Of a stretch of 64,000 bases of DNA, positions 10,728 to 21,054 are shown piece by piece. The translations under genes and the position numbers were made by a program. The stretch is from Leptonemataceae bacterium (GTDB lineage Bacteria > Spirochaetota > Leptospiria > Leptospirales > Leptonemataceae), in the NCBI GenBank assembly GCA_965227295.1, contig OZ245742.1:3008001-3072000 (forward strand), given 5' to 3'. How positions within the stretch are numbered: the stretch's first letter is position 1; each line of letters starts with the position of its first letter. The notes below the pieces were generated by a model. It made no database searches. It was given only the letters and a program-made list of their open reading frames with translations, and was not told the DNA's origin.

Positions 10728-11594
10728 ATGAACAGTTGTTGGGAAATCCTGGGCCTTGAACCCACGCACGATGAACGCGCAATCAAACGTGCGTATGCCG
10801 TTCGTCTAAAGGCCATCGACGTGGACGCGCAGCCGGCGGAGTTCCAGGCATTGCGCGAGGCCTACGAAACGGCGCTTGTGCATCGCACGTACTGGGGCGA
10901 AACGGAGGAACCCGCGGCGACCGGCACGACCGCGCGCGGCGCGAGTGCGGACCCGTTCGTCGACAATCGCCTGTGGTCGCAGGAACTTGCCGTGCGGCGG
11001 CGCCTGGGCGAGGAACGCCCGGAGTACGACGCGGCGCGGGAAATGTTGCGTCGCCTCACGGACGCGGGCGAGGGTGCGGCCTTAAGTTATGCAAAAGAGG
11101 TGTTAGCGTCCGAGGCCTATACGCATCCAGACTCCCGGGAGGCGTTCAGTCGAACGGCGGGGCCGGCTCTCGCGAAACTCGAAGAGCGGCCCGCGCGTTT
11201 GCTGCGATTCCTGGCCGCGCGCCTGGAGTGGCCGCGCCGGCCCCTGGATCTCTACACCGAGACCGGCGCGGCGATCGAGGCGTTATTGCGTGAGGTGGCG
11301 CACGTCGCCGAACATGCGGAACAGGAACGGCAACGCGTTGTGCCGGCAGCGACAGACTCGGCCGCGGACTACGGGACGGCAAGACGCGAACGGCCGAGGC
11401 AAACCTGGTGGATCTACGTTTTCGTGGCTCTGCTTGCCAGTTCGATGATTCGCGTTTGCATCCGGCAACAACAGCGGAACTCCCACGTCCTTCCGCCGAC
11501 CACCACGGAAGAATTGCAAACGCACCGGGAAGATGCGATTACTCCGCGAACAGAAACGCCACGGTATCGTGGAAGAGCTTCTCACCCTTCGTAA
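10728..11594 (+). CDS. J-domain co-chaperone (DjlB/DjlC-like) with C-terminal TM helix
   Basis: [20 protein letters not shown]...FQALREAYE; canonical HPD replaced by DVD. Confidence 0.8.
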   Translation: MNSCWEILGLEPTHDERAIKRAYAVRLKAIDVDAQPAEFQALREAYETALVHRTYWGETEEPAATGTTARGASADPFVDNRLWSQELAVRRRLGEERPEYDAAREMLRRLTDAGEGAALSYAKEVLASEAYTHPDSREAFSRTAGPALAKLEERPARLLRFLAARLEWPRRPLDLYTETGAAIEALLREVAHVAEHAEQERQRVVPAATDSAADYGTARRERPRQTWWIYVFVALLASSMIRVCIRQQQRNSHVLPPTTTEELQTHREDAITPRTETPRYRGRASHPS

Positions 11595-12612
11595 TGATCT
11601 TGCGTTTCCAGTCGGTCCGGGGCGGACTGAAGGCGTCCTTGATGGCCAGCTTCACCGGATGCAACGGCGACGGATTGCCGTAGTGCGTGAGCCGATTTTC
11701 CTGGCGCAGGGTGGAGAGAATTTCGAAGCCGTGCACGGTGCCGAACTCCTGGGTTACGAAGTCCACCTCGGCCTTTGCCGGCAGCGCCTTCGGCACGCCG
11801 TAGTCCACGCCGCCGCGGACCTGGTAGACGATGGCCCGTTCCGGTTCGGTGTTGTCCAGTTCCTCGCCGTAGATCGGCTCCAGGAATTTGTGATAGCTAC
11901 CGCCCTGATTGCGTTCCAGGATCACCAACTGCTCGCCGGATCGGCCGAGTCCCGTATGTACGTCGACGCAGCACAATCGTTTGCTGCCCTTTAAGTTCTC
12001 GCGAATCCATTCTAAGTAAAGATGCGGTCCTTTCTCCAGTCGTTTGCCGCCGAAGAAGAGGCCCTGGGGATATTCGTACTGGCCCTCGGCCCCGGCCTGG
12101 CGCAGTCGCCGCACGCCGTAGCGAAACAGCTTCCAGGCCAGGCGCAAATAAAAGAAATCGAACGACGGCGGCGACTCAGGATTGAACAGTGGGTTCAGTA
12201 TATGATAGCCCCGTGCGGCCCCGGCGTAGTCCGCTTCGGAGTCCAGGAAGTTGCGGTTGAGATCGACGTTGTTTTCGTTTACCCGCCGCAGATGGGCCAT
12301 GCCGTAGGGATTGAGAATGTGCACGAAGACGTAGGCCCCGTCTTTCGGCCGTTCCGGTAGATTCTCCAGCACGCGCAACTGGATGGCCGAGCCGGCGAAT
12401 CCCTCCACGCCGTGAATGCCGCTTGAATGCAACAGCACGCGTTTCGCGCGTTTGTTTCCAATGTAAGCGATGTCGATGCCGAGTTTTTCGCCGCCCGGTC
12501 CGCGCAGGCCCCATTCCAGGGTTTCCAGTTTTGCTCCGACGCGCGCCGCCGCCTGTTTGAACCGCCGCCGCGCGGTCCGGTAGTCGGGGGAGAAGTAGAG
12601 ATCGGTGTCCAT
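11539..12612 (-). CDS. M14-like metallopeptidase (DUF2817 family)
   Basis: [16 protein letters not shown]...[29 protein letters not shown] at 12612. Confidence 0.85.
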   Translation of the reverse strand: MDTDLYFSPDYRTARRRFKQAAARVGAKLETLEWGLRGPGGEKLGIDIAYIGNKRAKRVLLHSSGIHGVEGFAGSAIQLRVLENLPERPKDGAYVFVHILNPYGMAHLRRVNENNVDLNRNFLDSEADYAGAARGYHILNPLFNPESPPSFDFFYLRLAWKLFRYGVRRLRQAGAEGQYEYPQGLFFGGKRLEKGPHLYLEWIRENLKGSKRLCCVDVHTGLGRSGEQLVILERNQGGSYHKFLEPIYGEELDNTEPERAIVYQVRGGVDYGVPKALPAKAEVDFVTQEFGTVHGFEILSTLRQENRLTHYGNPSPLHPVKLAIKDAFSPPRTDWKRKIITKGEKLFHDTVAFLFAE

Positions 12613-12855
12613 GCGCTGCGGATAGGACGGCAGGAGAACGGCGCGGGGCAAGAAGAAAAAAAGAGGCCGGAGGGAGCGTAGCGAAGCGGAGTCCGGAGGA
12701 GCGCGACCAATTCCACACCGCTTGCCGGGGCGGAATTCCTTCTCTTCCCCACCGAGTGCGAAGCACGGAGGGGAACGCCCATGCAAGTATTACTTTACTG
12801 TAAGCTAACGTTGCGATTTTTGGCTTGAAATCATGATGGAATTAAAGCGAGACTA

Positions 12856-13001
12856 TTTGGGCGCCTCGCCGCGCACAAGTCTCGCCGAAGCGAGACTTGT
12901 GCGCGGCGACCGGGCTTTCCAGGGCTCCGCGCTACGCGCTTCGGTCCTCCGCTGCGCTCCGGACTCGCGGCTGCGCCGCGACCCTTCCAATCCCTGGCGC
13001 G
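12856..13001 (+). repeat. Structured intergenic repeat, copy A
   Basis: TTTGGGCGCCTCGCCGC...GCGGCGACCGGGCTTTCCAGGGCTCCGC...CCTTCCAATCCCTGGCGCG shared with 36036-36156; perfect 20-bp stem 12866-12909. Confidence 0.85.
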
Positions 13002-13129
13002 AAGAGTTGCAAGTTCGCAGGTGTCAAATGTCACCCGCGACTTTTTAGTCAGCCCCTGGCGGCTGCGCCGCCATCCCTCCAATCGCTGACGCGGGAGAAG
13101 GTGTGTCAGCGATTGGAAGGAAACTCAGC

Positions 13130-13483
13130 CTAAGCCGTCGCGTACATCTTCCGATAACCCATAAACGAAATCAGCACCAGCACGAACGCGATCACCGCGC
13201 CCCAGTGCTGGCCGTCGCCCACCATGAAATGCGCGAAGAACGCGAGGATGATGTTGTAAAAGAAGCCGGCGTAGGCGATGGTCGTGAGTGTTCCCAGGCC
13301 GCGGGTCCAGAGCGCCGCGATGCCCAGCAATTTGGCGACGGCCAGGGGATAAATGAGATACGTGGGATAGCCCAGGGTCGTGAAGCCTTCGGCGACCATT
13401 TCGTACTGGAGAAAGTAGTTCGCGACGGAGAAGAGCATCAGCGCGGAAAAGAGTACCGTGGAAATGTAATAGGCGATTTTCAT
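13130..13483 (-). CDS. DoxX-like family membrane protein
   Basis: GFTTLGYPTYLIYPLAVAKLLG, AYAGFF...AHF; 4 TM. Confidence 0.85.
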   Translation of the reverse strand: MKIAYYISTVLFSALMLFSVANYFLQYEMVAEGFTTLGYPTYLIYPLAVAKLLGIAALWTRGLGTLTTIAYAGFFYNIILAFFAHFMVGDGQHWGAVIAFVLVLISFMGYRKMYATA

Positions 13484-13672
13484 TCAGTTACCTCGCAATC
13501 AGTAGGCCAGAAGTGGGCCGCGAAGTTTTCGTGTCTACCATCTTACAGCTCCGGCCGGTCCGGGACTTTTTTGTGACTTCCCATGGGTCGATCCATCTAA
13601 CAGAGCAGACTTCACAAGCTCGCAATGCGCTGCGGAGTGCCGCGATAACACAGGAAGCATAAGGAACAATCA

Positions 13673-14467
13673 ATGAAACTTAACAAAATTGCGCCGGCAA
13701 TATTCGTGCCGATCGTTTGCGTCGCGTCATTGATCGCCTGCGGGCCGGGCCCGTCCCCCGGCGCTCTGGGAGCGACCATCGATGCCCACGGCGGCTATCA
13801 TACGTTCTTCGGCTACGGCACGGTGGAGTATGATTTTACGGACTTCCCGTACGGCGTGAATCCACCCTACGATGATCATCATACGATTGATCTAAAGAAT
13901 CGCAACGTTCACATCCGGGGCGAGGGCTACACGGTCGGCTTCGACGGCTCCGAGGCCTGGATCGAAAACCCGGAAGCCTTCGGGATTCCGGCGCGGTTCT
14001 ACTACAACACGCCGTTCTACTTCTTCGCGCTCCCGTTCGCTTTCGGTGATCCCGGCGCGAACGTCGAAGCCCGGGGCACGAAATCCGTCGACGGCAAATC
14101 GTATGAGATCTATTACGTAAGCTTCGCCGACGGCGCCGGCGATACGCCGGACGACGACTATGTCGTATATGTCGACCCGGAGACGAAGCAGATGGTCATG
14201 GCCTCGTACATCGTTACGTTTCCGGCCTTCGCGCAGGGCAAAGAGCCGGCGGAATTACCCCGAAGCGCCGTAGCTTACGAGTGGCAGAAGTTAGACAACG
14301 GGCTTACGGTGGCCTCCGCGTTGAACTTCCACGCCTTCGACGAAGAACTGGTGCTCGGGCCGAAGGCCGGTACGGTGAATTTCGAGAATGTAGAGTTCAA
14401 AACCGAACGGCCGGAGCCGGCGTTGTTCCGGAGGACCGAGGCGGCCGTCGTGGACGATTCGCTGTAA
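13673..14467 (+). CDS. Lipoprotein (DUF6503-like)
   Basis: Lipobox LIAC; IDAHGG, FYFFALPF, GDTPDDDY. Confidence 0.65.
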   Translation: MKLNKIAPAIFVPIVCVASLIACGPGPSPGALGATIDAHGGYHTFFGYGTVEYDFTDFPYGVNPPYDDHHTIDLKNRNVHIRGEGYTVGFDGSEAWIENPEAFGIPARFYYNTPFYFFALPFAFGDPGANVEARGTKSVDGKSYEIYYVSFADGAGDTPDDDYVVYVDPETKQMVMASYIVTFPAFAQGKEPAELPRSAVAYEWQKLDNGLTVASALNFHAFDEELVLGPKAGTVNFENVEFKTERPEPALFRRTEAAVVDDSL

Positions 14468-14643
14468 TGGACGCCGGTTAGGAGGTTCGGGAGCTTTGCG
14501 GTGCACGGGTAGCTGTCAGGATAATTCCACTTCCTTGGATTTTGAGTTGAATTTTTGTCGGTGTCTGATAGGATTATGTCCCGGACATTCTTGCACCCAA
14601 TGGTGTAGGCCGCCGAATTGCTGAGCCAACGGTCCATTTGCAT

Positions 14644-15039
14644 ATGAATTTGGAATACTGGGGTAGTTTGGCCAGCATCGCAGGGTTGGTCTTATCCTTG
14701 ATACTCGTGATTATCGGGTTGCGCTTACGTGGCAAACTGCACTATGCAGCTCACAGGAGTTTCAATGATGCTCGTATCGATTGGCACAATACGCTGGATG
14801 CCTGTCAGCGCAATCTCCTGGAAGACGATATCTATGACCGTAGCATGAATCACCAAATGGTACGAGTGGTAGATCAGTACTCTCACCTTCGACGCTTGCT
14901 TTCCCTTAGAGAAAGGTGGTTACTGTGGAGGCTGAGAGGTTTACTGGCAAAGGATCCGGTATACATGGATCGACGCAAACTGGGTCTGGCCCTGGGCCAC
15001 TTTATTCAACGCTTTTCACGGGAGCGGGATTTTCTGTAA
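14644..15039 (+). CDS. Hypothetical protein with N-terminal TM helix (AT-rich islet)
   Basis: WGSLASIAGLVLSLILVII; stop overlaps next ATG (TAATG). Confidence 0.6.
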   Translation: MNLEYWGSLASIAGLVLSLILVIIGLRLRGKLHYAAHRSFNDARIDWHNTLDACQRNLLEDDIYDRSMNHQMVRVVDQYSHLRRLLSLRERWLLWRLRGLLAKDPVYMDRRKLGLALGHFIQRFSRERDFL

Positions 15040-15461
15040 TGAAACGATCTATTCCTGAATTTATCGAGAAATTGGTGAGCCTCACAAAGAGTGGCGACCT
15101 GGAATGGAGGCGCGTCTTACCTGGTGATCTTGAGGAGACAGACAAATTCACGCCGCCCATATTGTCTCTGATCCAGATGCGGATGCCTGACCTTCTCAGC
15201 CGCCCCGAAGTTGAGTCGTTTGCCGCGGAGTATTCAGGTGGTCGAGTCGTCTTGAGACGCTTTTCCTTGCCTCCGACTGCAACGCATTTTCTTGAGCCGC
15301 CATCGTCTTTAATACTTGCGTTGCAACCGGCCGTGGACGGACGTCTTGAAGCGCTAAACGGCCACGAGGAATATCAGTCCCCACTCATTAGACTGTACAA
15401 TCTCATCATTCATAAGCGTGTGCCTGTAGAAGATTATATAGAATCATTTTTCTCCGATTGA
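15039..15461 (+). CDS. Hypothetical protein (AT-rich islet)
   Basis: ATG at 15039 coupled to upstream TAA; MKRSIPEFIEKLVSLTKSGDLEW. Confidence 0.6.
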   Translation: MKRSIPEFIEKLVSLTKSGDLEWRRVLPGDLEETDKFTPPILSLIQMRMPDLLSRPEVESFAAEYSGGRVVLRRFSLPPTATHFLEPPSSLILALQPAVDGRLEALNGHEEYQSPLIRLYNLIIHKRVPVEDYIESFFSD

Positions 15462-15562
15462 AGGAGATATGCTGCCAGCCGCATTTCCCTCTCTCATCCT
15501 TTCAACCTCCTGTAAATTTTTTCTTTCTTCCCGCGCACGTTCCTGAGTACCTTTCCATCTCC

Positions 15563-17401
15563 ATGACGACGTTTACCGAAATCGTCGCCCCGCTCAAGCA
15601 GGCCGTGAACCAGGCGCCTCAGGTCCCGGGCTGTTATCAGTGGAAGGACGCGAAGGGCACGGTGCTCTACATCGGCAAGGCAGTGAACCTGCGCAACCGG
15701 CTGCGGAACTACGTCACCGGCCAGCCCGCCGATCGCAAGACCTACAATCTCATGTGTCGCGCCCGGTCGGTGGAGTGGATCGTTACCGATACCGAAAAAG
15801 AAGCGCTCATCCTCGAGGCGAATCTTGTTAAAAAAATCCAGCCGCCGTTTAATGTCCGTTTAAAAGATGATAAGCGTTACCCGTACGTCTGCGTCTCGCT
15901 GTCCGAGCCGTTTCCGCAAATTTTCATAAGCCGCCAGGTCCGCGACGACGGCAACGCCTACTTCGGTCCCTATACCGACGTGCGCGCCACGCGGAACATG
16001 ATCGCCCTCATTCATAAGATCTTTCCCGTGCGCAAAGTACGTCAGCGTTTGCCGCTCAAGAAACCGAAGCGGCCGTGCATGAACTATCACATCAAACGTT
16101 GTCTCGCACCGTGCACCGGCGAGGTTCCGGAAGACGAGTACCGTAAAGTCATCGACGAGATCATCCTCTTTCTCGAAGGGAAGCGCGAAATCCTGGAGAA
16201 CCTCATCATCGGACGCATGCAGGAGTACAGCGAGGCCCAGGAGTACGAGATGGCCGCGGCCTACCGCGACATGCTCAAGAACATTCGCACGGCCACCGAG
16301 AGCCAGAGCGTCATTCAGGCCGGCGCCGCGGACGAGGACGTCATCGCCTTCGCGCGGCGCGACGATCACGGCCAGCTCGTGGTCATCGAAATTCGCGGCG
16401 GGCGTATGTTAGGGCGCAAGTCGTTTCCGTTGATGGGGCTCAGCGAATCGTCCGAGGCGGAGGTCCTCGAATCCTTCGTGCGCGACTATTATTTGCAGGC
16501 ACCGGTGCTGCCGTCGCGCATCGTGCCGCCTTCGAACGTGCCGGCGGCCCGGCGCCGCGTTCTGGAAGACGTGTTGAAAGATCGGGCCGAGCGCCGGGTG
16601 CGCATCGCCGCGTCGCGAGCGCCGCAAATGCGTCCTCTGATTAAGTTAGCACAAAAGAACGCCGAGTTATTGTTAAGCGAGCGCCTGCTGGCCACGCGGC
16701 TGCGCGATCGCGAGACGGCGCTCGAAGATTTGCGTAAGATGTTCGGCCTCGAGGCGGCGCCGGCGGTGCTTGAGTGTTACGACATCTCGCACTTCCAGGG
16801 CGCGGAGACCGTGGCCTCGGGCGTCATGTTCGTCGACGGCGCCCCGCATAAGGCGGGCTATCGTCACTATCGCATTAAGAGTCTCGACGAAGGCGGCATC
16901 GACGACCCCGCTTCGATTCGCGAGGCGGTGGGCCGGCGCATCCAGCGTTTGTTGAACGAAAACCGCGCGTTGCCGGACTTGATGGTCATCGACGGCGGCG
17001 CCACGCAACTCGCGGCGGCCTGCGAAGCGGCCACGGCCCTCGGCGCGGGGGAGCTGCCCATCGTGAGTCTCGCGAAACAACGCGAAGAGATCTACCTGCC
17101 CGGCGACGTCGATCCGCGGGCGTTTGATCCGAATCGCCCCGGCATGCGTTTGCTCCGGCAAATCCGCGACGAGGCGCACCGCTTCGCGATTACGCATCAC
17201 CGCTCGCGTCGCAACAAACAGACGTTGCGCCACATCCTGGACGACGTCGAGGACATCGGCCCCGCGCGGAAGAAGGCGTTGCTCCGGCACTTCGAAGACC
17301 GCAAAATAGAAGAAGTTAGCGCGGAGGAGTTAGTGGAGGTTCCGGGCATCGGTCCGGAGCTGGCGAAGAAGATTCGCGGTTTTTTGGATGGGAAGGTGTG
17401 A
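15563..17401 (+). CDS. uvrC: Excinuclease ABC subunit C
   Basis: GIY-YIG (PGCYQW...LYIGKAVNLRNR), LKDDKRYPY, ECYDISH, IDGG, IRDEAHRFA, HhH C-terminus. Confidence 0.97.
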   Translation: MTTFTEIVAPLKQAVNQAPQVPGCYQWKDAKGTVLYIGKAVNLRNRLRNYVTGQPADRKTYNLMCRARSVEWIVTDTEKEALILEANLVKKIQPPFNVRLKDDKRYPYVCVSLSEPFPQIFISRQVRDDGNAYFGPYTDVRATRNMIALIHKIFPVRKVRQRLPLKKPKRPCMNYHIKRCLAPCTGEVPEDEYRKVIDEIILFLEGKREILENLIIGRMQEYSEAQEYEMAAAYRDMLKNIRTATESQSVIQAGAADEDVIAFARRDDHGQLVVIEIRGGRMLGRKSFPLMGLSESSEAEVLESFVRDYYLQAPVLPSRIVPPSNVPAARRRVLEDVLKDRAERRVRIAASRAPQMRPLIKLAQKNAELLLSERLLATRLRDRETALEDLRKMFGLEAAPAVLECYDISHFQGAETVASGVMFVDGAPHKAGYRHYRIKSLDEGGIDDPASIREAVGRRIQRLLNENRALPDLMVIDGGATQLAAACEAATALGAGELPIVSLAKQREEIYLPGDVDPRAFDPNRPGMRLLRQIRDEAHRFAITHHRSRRNKQTLRHILDDVEDIGPARKKALLRHFEDRKIEEVSAEELVEVPGIGPELAKKIRGFLDGKV

Positions 17402-17618
17402 GGTTGATTGGACGGTTTTCGGCCGGGCGGTGACTTCATTCTGTTGCCGGTATACAACATTGCCGGTATCATTCTCTACGCTACGGGCCGCCATCCGCAA
17501 GAGGTGCTGCCGCCGTTACCGCGACGGTGGTGATGAGAAAGAGCTCTGTCATGAGCAATGAAGACTACGCCAACAGGCGTCGGACCCGGACTGAATCAGC
17601 GCCGTGTTACCGCCATAC

Positions 17619-18047
17619 TTATGGCGACAGGTTTTGCATAAACGGGTGCACGATCGTGAATTGAGCGGATACGCCGTCGCGATCGGACTCGCGCGACCAC
17701 GTTGCGTATTCACCGTCCTCGGTCCAGCGCAACGCAACATAGTCCGAGTGCATCCAGCCGGTAAGTTTTCCGGAACGAATCTTAAACCAGCAGCTATCAC
17801 CGGGGCGGGCGACGTCGAGAATGAAAACGCCTGTGGGCCAGTCCAGAACGGAGAGAATCTTTGCAGTCAATTTCGGCGATTGACGGAGCCGGACTGAGAA
17901 ACCTCCGATCCGGGTAGGAAGCGGTTCGTCCGTTGAGCGTGGGCTTACGGCTTGTCCGCAGAGCGATGCGCCTTCTTCGCCGCCCGAGAGCGCCGGATCG
18001 GCGGCGAGTGCCGCCAGCGCTGAAATGAAACAACAAGCGTTGATCAT
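17619..18047 (-). CDS. Exported SH3-like domain protein
   Basis: Signal peptide; VRLRQSP...WFKIRSGKLTGWMHSDYV. Confidence 0.55.
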   Translation of the reverse strand: MINACCFISALAALAADPALSGGEEGASLCGQAVSPRSTDEPLPTRIGGFSVRLRQSPKLTAKILSVLDWPTGVFILDVARPGDSCWFKIRSGKLTGWMHSDYVALRWTEDGEYATWSRESDRDGVSAQFTIVHPFMQNLSP

Positions 18048-18212
18048 GATCCGTCGTGAAATTTGGGCGGGCATGCGTCATTGCGTGGGCCGTGCGGGTG
18101 TATGTAAATCTAATTGGCTTATCTTCGAAATCTGAGACATATCACAATGCGAATCATCATACGATACATTTCCCGTTGACATCTCCGGAATGCAAACTAA
18201 CATCCCCGCATC

Positions 18213-19250
18213 ATGCACACACGCATCGGTGCACTGATGTTCCTGTTCAGCACGGCCGCCTGCTGGACGCATCCGCTCTTTAACGACGGGCCGGCCTCGT
18301 CCGGTTCCGGTGACGGCCCGGTTCTGCTCTCGTTACTGTCGCTGCTCGGTCCCGCCGCCGGAATCGCGACGGATACGCCGTTGCTCACGAACGGCATCAC
18401 CTGGAGCGACAACCGCCTCGTCATGAACGTCGGCGCCGAGGGCACCTACGATACGAACAGCGTCCGCTCCCCGGCGGTGCTGAAGGTCGGTTCCTCTTAC
18501 ATGATGTGGTACTCCGGAACGGACGGCGGCGGTCAGGAACGCATCCTGTATTGCGAAAGCAGCGACGGCATCAACTGGACCAATCATCAACTGGTACTCG
18601 ACGTGGGAGCGTCCGGCCTGGGCTACGACACGAATCAGGTCTACATGCCGGACGTAATATACGATGACGGTACGTTTAAGATGTACTACTCCGGTTCCCA
18701 GGGGAGTAACGTGCGTTTGATTTACGCGGAGTCGACGAACGGAACGACCTGGGGCAACTTTGCGCTGGCCCTGGATATCTCGACGATCGGCGGCGGAGTC
18801 GATGATCTGCACGCGTTCAATTCCATGGCCTCCGGCTCGCGGCTGTACTATACCGCGGTCAACGGTTCGGCGCTGTATCGCGTCGCCACCTGTACCGGCG
18901 CGCTGAACAACAGCCTGGCCGACTGCCAGCTCAGCATCGATACCGCACAGCAGGGCACCTTCGATACGCACAACATCTCCACCGGCGACGTTTTCGTCGA
19001 TACGGATCGCACGAAGGTCTGGTACGTCGGATCCCAGACGACTCACAACTACGACATCATCTACTGTGAATCCACGGACGCGGTGAACTGGGACAACTGC
19101 GTGCGTTCAGTCGCGCGGGGCAGCGAGGGAACCCACGATACCACGCGCGCTTCCCTGCCGTCCGTGCTGGTCGAGGACGGGGTCGGTAAGATGTGGTATA
19201 CCGGTAGCGACGGCACGACGGAACGGATTCTGTACGCCGAGTCGCGGTAG
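18213..19250 (+). CDS. Lipoprotein with repeated beta-propeller blades (GH32/43/130-like fold)
   Basis: Repeats P-x-V...MWYSG...ILYCES.DG.NW. Confidence 0.65.
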   Translation: MHTRIGALMFLFSTAACWTHPLFNDGPASSGSGDGPVLLSLLSLLGPAAGIATDTPLLTNGITWSDNRLVMNVGAEGTYDTNSVRSPAVLKVGSSYMMWYSGTDGGGQERILYCESSDGINWTNHQLVLDVGASGLGYDTNQVYMPDVIYDDGTFKMYYSGSQGSNVRLIYAESTNGTTWGNFALALDISTIGGGVDDLHAFNSMASGSRLYYTAVNGSALYRVATCTGALNNSLADCQLSIDTAQQGTFDTHNISTGDVFVDTDRTKVWYVGSQTTHNYDIIYCESTDAVNWDNCVRSVARGSEGTHDTTRASLPSVLVEDGVGKMWYTGSDGTTERILYAESR

Positions 19251-19347
19251 GCCGTGGCCCAATCACGCATTTCCGCCGTTTGAAATATCTGATCGCGGCC
19301 GCTAAATACTGTTTACAGGTTGCACAATATGTTTCAACCCTGGACAG

Positions 19348-21054
19348 ATGCTAGCGTCCCTCCGGCAGAAACAGGCCTGGCGGATTACCGGTACGTACGT
19401 GGTTGTATCCATCATCTGGATTGTCGCCGGTGATCGCCTCGTGAGCGAACGGTTTTTCTCCGGAAGCGCCGCCGAGGTCAGTCTGTTCCAAACGGTTAAG
19501 GGCGTCTTCTTCGTCCTGACGACCGGCACCTTGCTACTCCTGTACGTCGGACGATCCTTGCGCCGGGAGCGCGGTTTGCAGGACCGTGTGCGCATACTCG
19601 TAGAAAACGCGGCCGATGTTTTTTTTCGATACCGCCTGGTTCCCGCACCCGCCTTTGAGTACGTCAGCCCGGCCTGTAAGCCCATGAGCGGTTACACGGC
19701 CGAGGAGCACTACGCGGACCCGTTACTCGGGCAGAAGCTCATTCATCCCGGGGATCGTTCCAAACTCGCAAAGCTGCGCGAGGAATTCGGAAACCCTGTA
19801 ATTCTCCGCTGGATTCGCAAGGATGGTTCGGTGATCTGGACGGAGCAGATCAACCGTGGGGTGTTCGACACCAACGGTCAGCTTATCGCCATCGAGGGAG
19901 TCGCCCGGGACGTTTCGGCGCGGGTTCGGGAATGGCGCCAATTGGAGTTGAGCGAGGAACGTTTCCGCCTGGCCGCCGACCATCATCCGGATCCGTTCAT
20001 CATCTACGACGCCGATCGTCGCATCATCTTTGTAAATCCCGCGCTGGAAAAGTTAAGCGGACATGCCGCCGACGAAATGCTGCTTCATCGCGATGAGGAA
20101 GTATTTTCTGTAGATGGAACACAGGAATTGGTGTTCCTGCTGGAAGCGGCTCTGCGCTCGCGTCTGGTCCGGGAGGCCGAGATTGATATCCAGTGGCGGC
20201 CGGGAGGCCCGCGCCGTCGCGTGTATGCGCGCATCATTCCGGTGTCCGGCAATACCGAGTCCGATGTGGCCGAAATCCTGGCCCTTCTCCGGGATACCAC
20301 CGAACTGCGGATCATGGAATCGCAACTCAGTCAGACGGAGCGCCTGGCCACCCTGGGCGAACTTTCGGCGAGCATTGTCCACGAAATCAATCAGCCGCTG
20401 TCCGTGATCAGCATGGCCTCGAAGATGCTCGTGAAGGCCGTCGATGCTGCTGAACCGGACGTGGCTTTTTTACGCGAACGTTCCGAAAAGATCGCAAAGA
20501 ACGTCGTGCGCCTGGAACGTCTCACCGGCCATCTCCGCGAATTCGGCCGGGCCGACACGGGCACGCATCCGACGGTGTTTTATCTTTGCGAATGCGTGCG
20601 CTCCGCCCTGGAACTTGTCGAAGAACGAATGCGAGCGCACGACGTTGCCGTCGAAATGAGCATGCCGGCTGCTCCGATCCTGGTTTGCGGCGACACTCTG
20701 CGCCTCGAAGAGGTGTTCGTGAATATCCTCCTGAACGCCTACGACGCGATCACCCTGGCCGATGACCGGCGCAGACTCGTTTCGGTTTCCTGCGGCCGGG
20801 ACGTCGGCGGTTTCGCTTTTGTTCGAATCTTTAACACGGGACCGTCGATTCCACCGGACACGCAGGCGCGCTTATTCGAGCCTTTTTTTACGACGAAACC
20901 TGGAGGCCTCGGTATGGGGCTCGGCCTGGCGATCAGTTATCGCATTGCGCAGGCTCACCGGGGAGAGATTCGTGCGGTCAACGAAAGCGACGGTGTCGCC
21001 TTCTACGTTACGTTGCCGTATGAAGTTACGGAGGCCGCCGATGATGGACTTTGA
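19348..21054 (+). CDS. PAS-domain sensor histidine kinase
   Basis: 2 TM, two PAS, HEINQPL, NILLNAYDA, FEPFFTTK, GMGLGL. Confidence 0.92.
   Translation: MLASLRQKQAWRITGTYVVVSIIWIVAGDRLVSERFFSGSAAEVSLFQTVKGVFFVLTTGTLLLLYVGRSLRRERGLQDRVRILVENAADVFFRYRLVPAPAFEYVSPACKPMSGYTAEEHYADPLLGQKLIHPGDRSKLAKLREEFGNPVILRWIRKDGSVIWTEQINRGVFDTNGQLIAIEGVARDVSARVREWRQLELSEERFRLAADHHPDPFIIYDADRRIIFVNPALEKLSGHAADEMLLHRDEEVFSVDGTQELVFLLEAALRSRLVREAEIDIQWRPGGPRRRVYARIIPVSGNTESDVAEILALLRDTTELRIMESQLSQTERLATLGELSASIVHEINQPLSVISMASKMLVKAVDAAEPDVAFLRERSEKIAKNVVRLERLTGHLREFGRADTGTHPTVFYLCECVRSALELVEERMRAHDVAVEMSMPAAPILVCGDTLRLEEVFVNILLNAYDAITLADDRRRLVSVSCGRDVGGFAFVRIFNTGPSIPPDTQARLFEPFFTTKPGGLGMGLGLAISYRIAQAHRGEIRAVNESDGVAFYVTLPYEVTEAADDGL

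Noticed and set aside
17408..17533. 41-codon TTG-start ORF after uvrC (DFILLPVYNIAGIILYATG...)
   Set aside because: Could be a gene remnant, but it is too short and has no recognisable motif to support a call.
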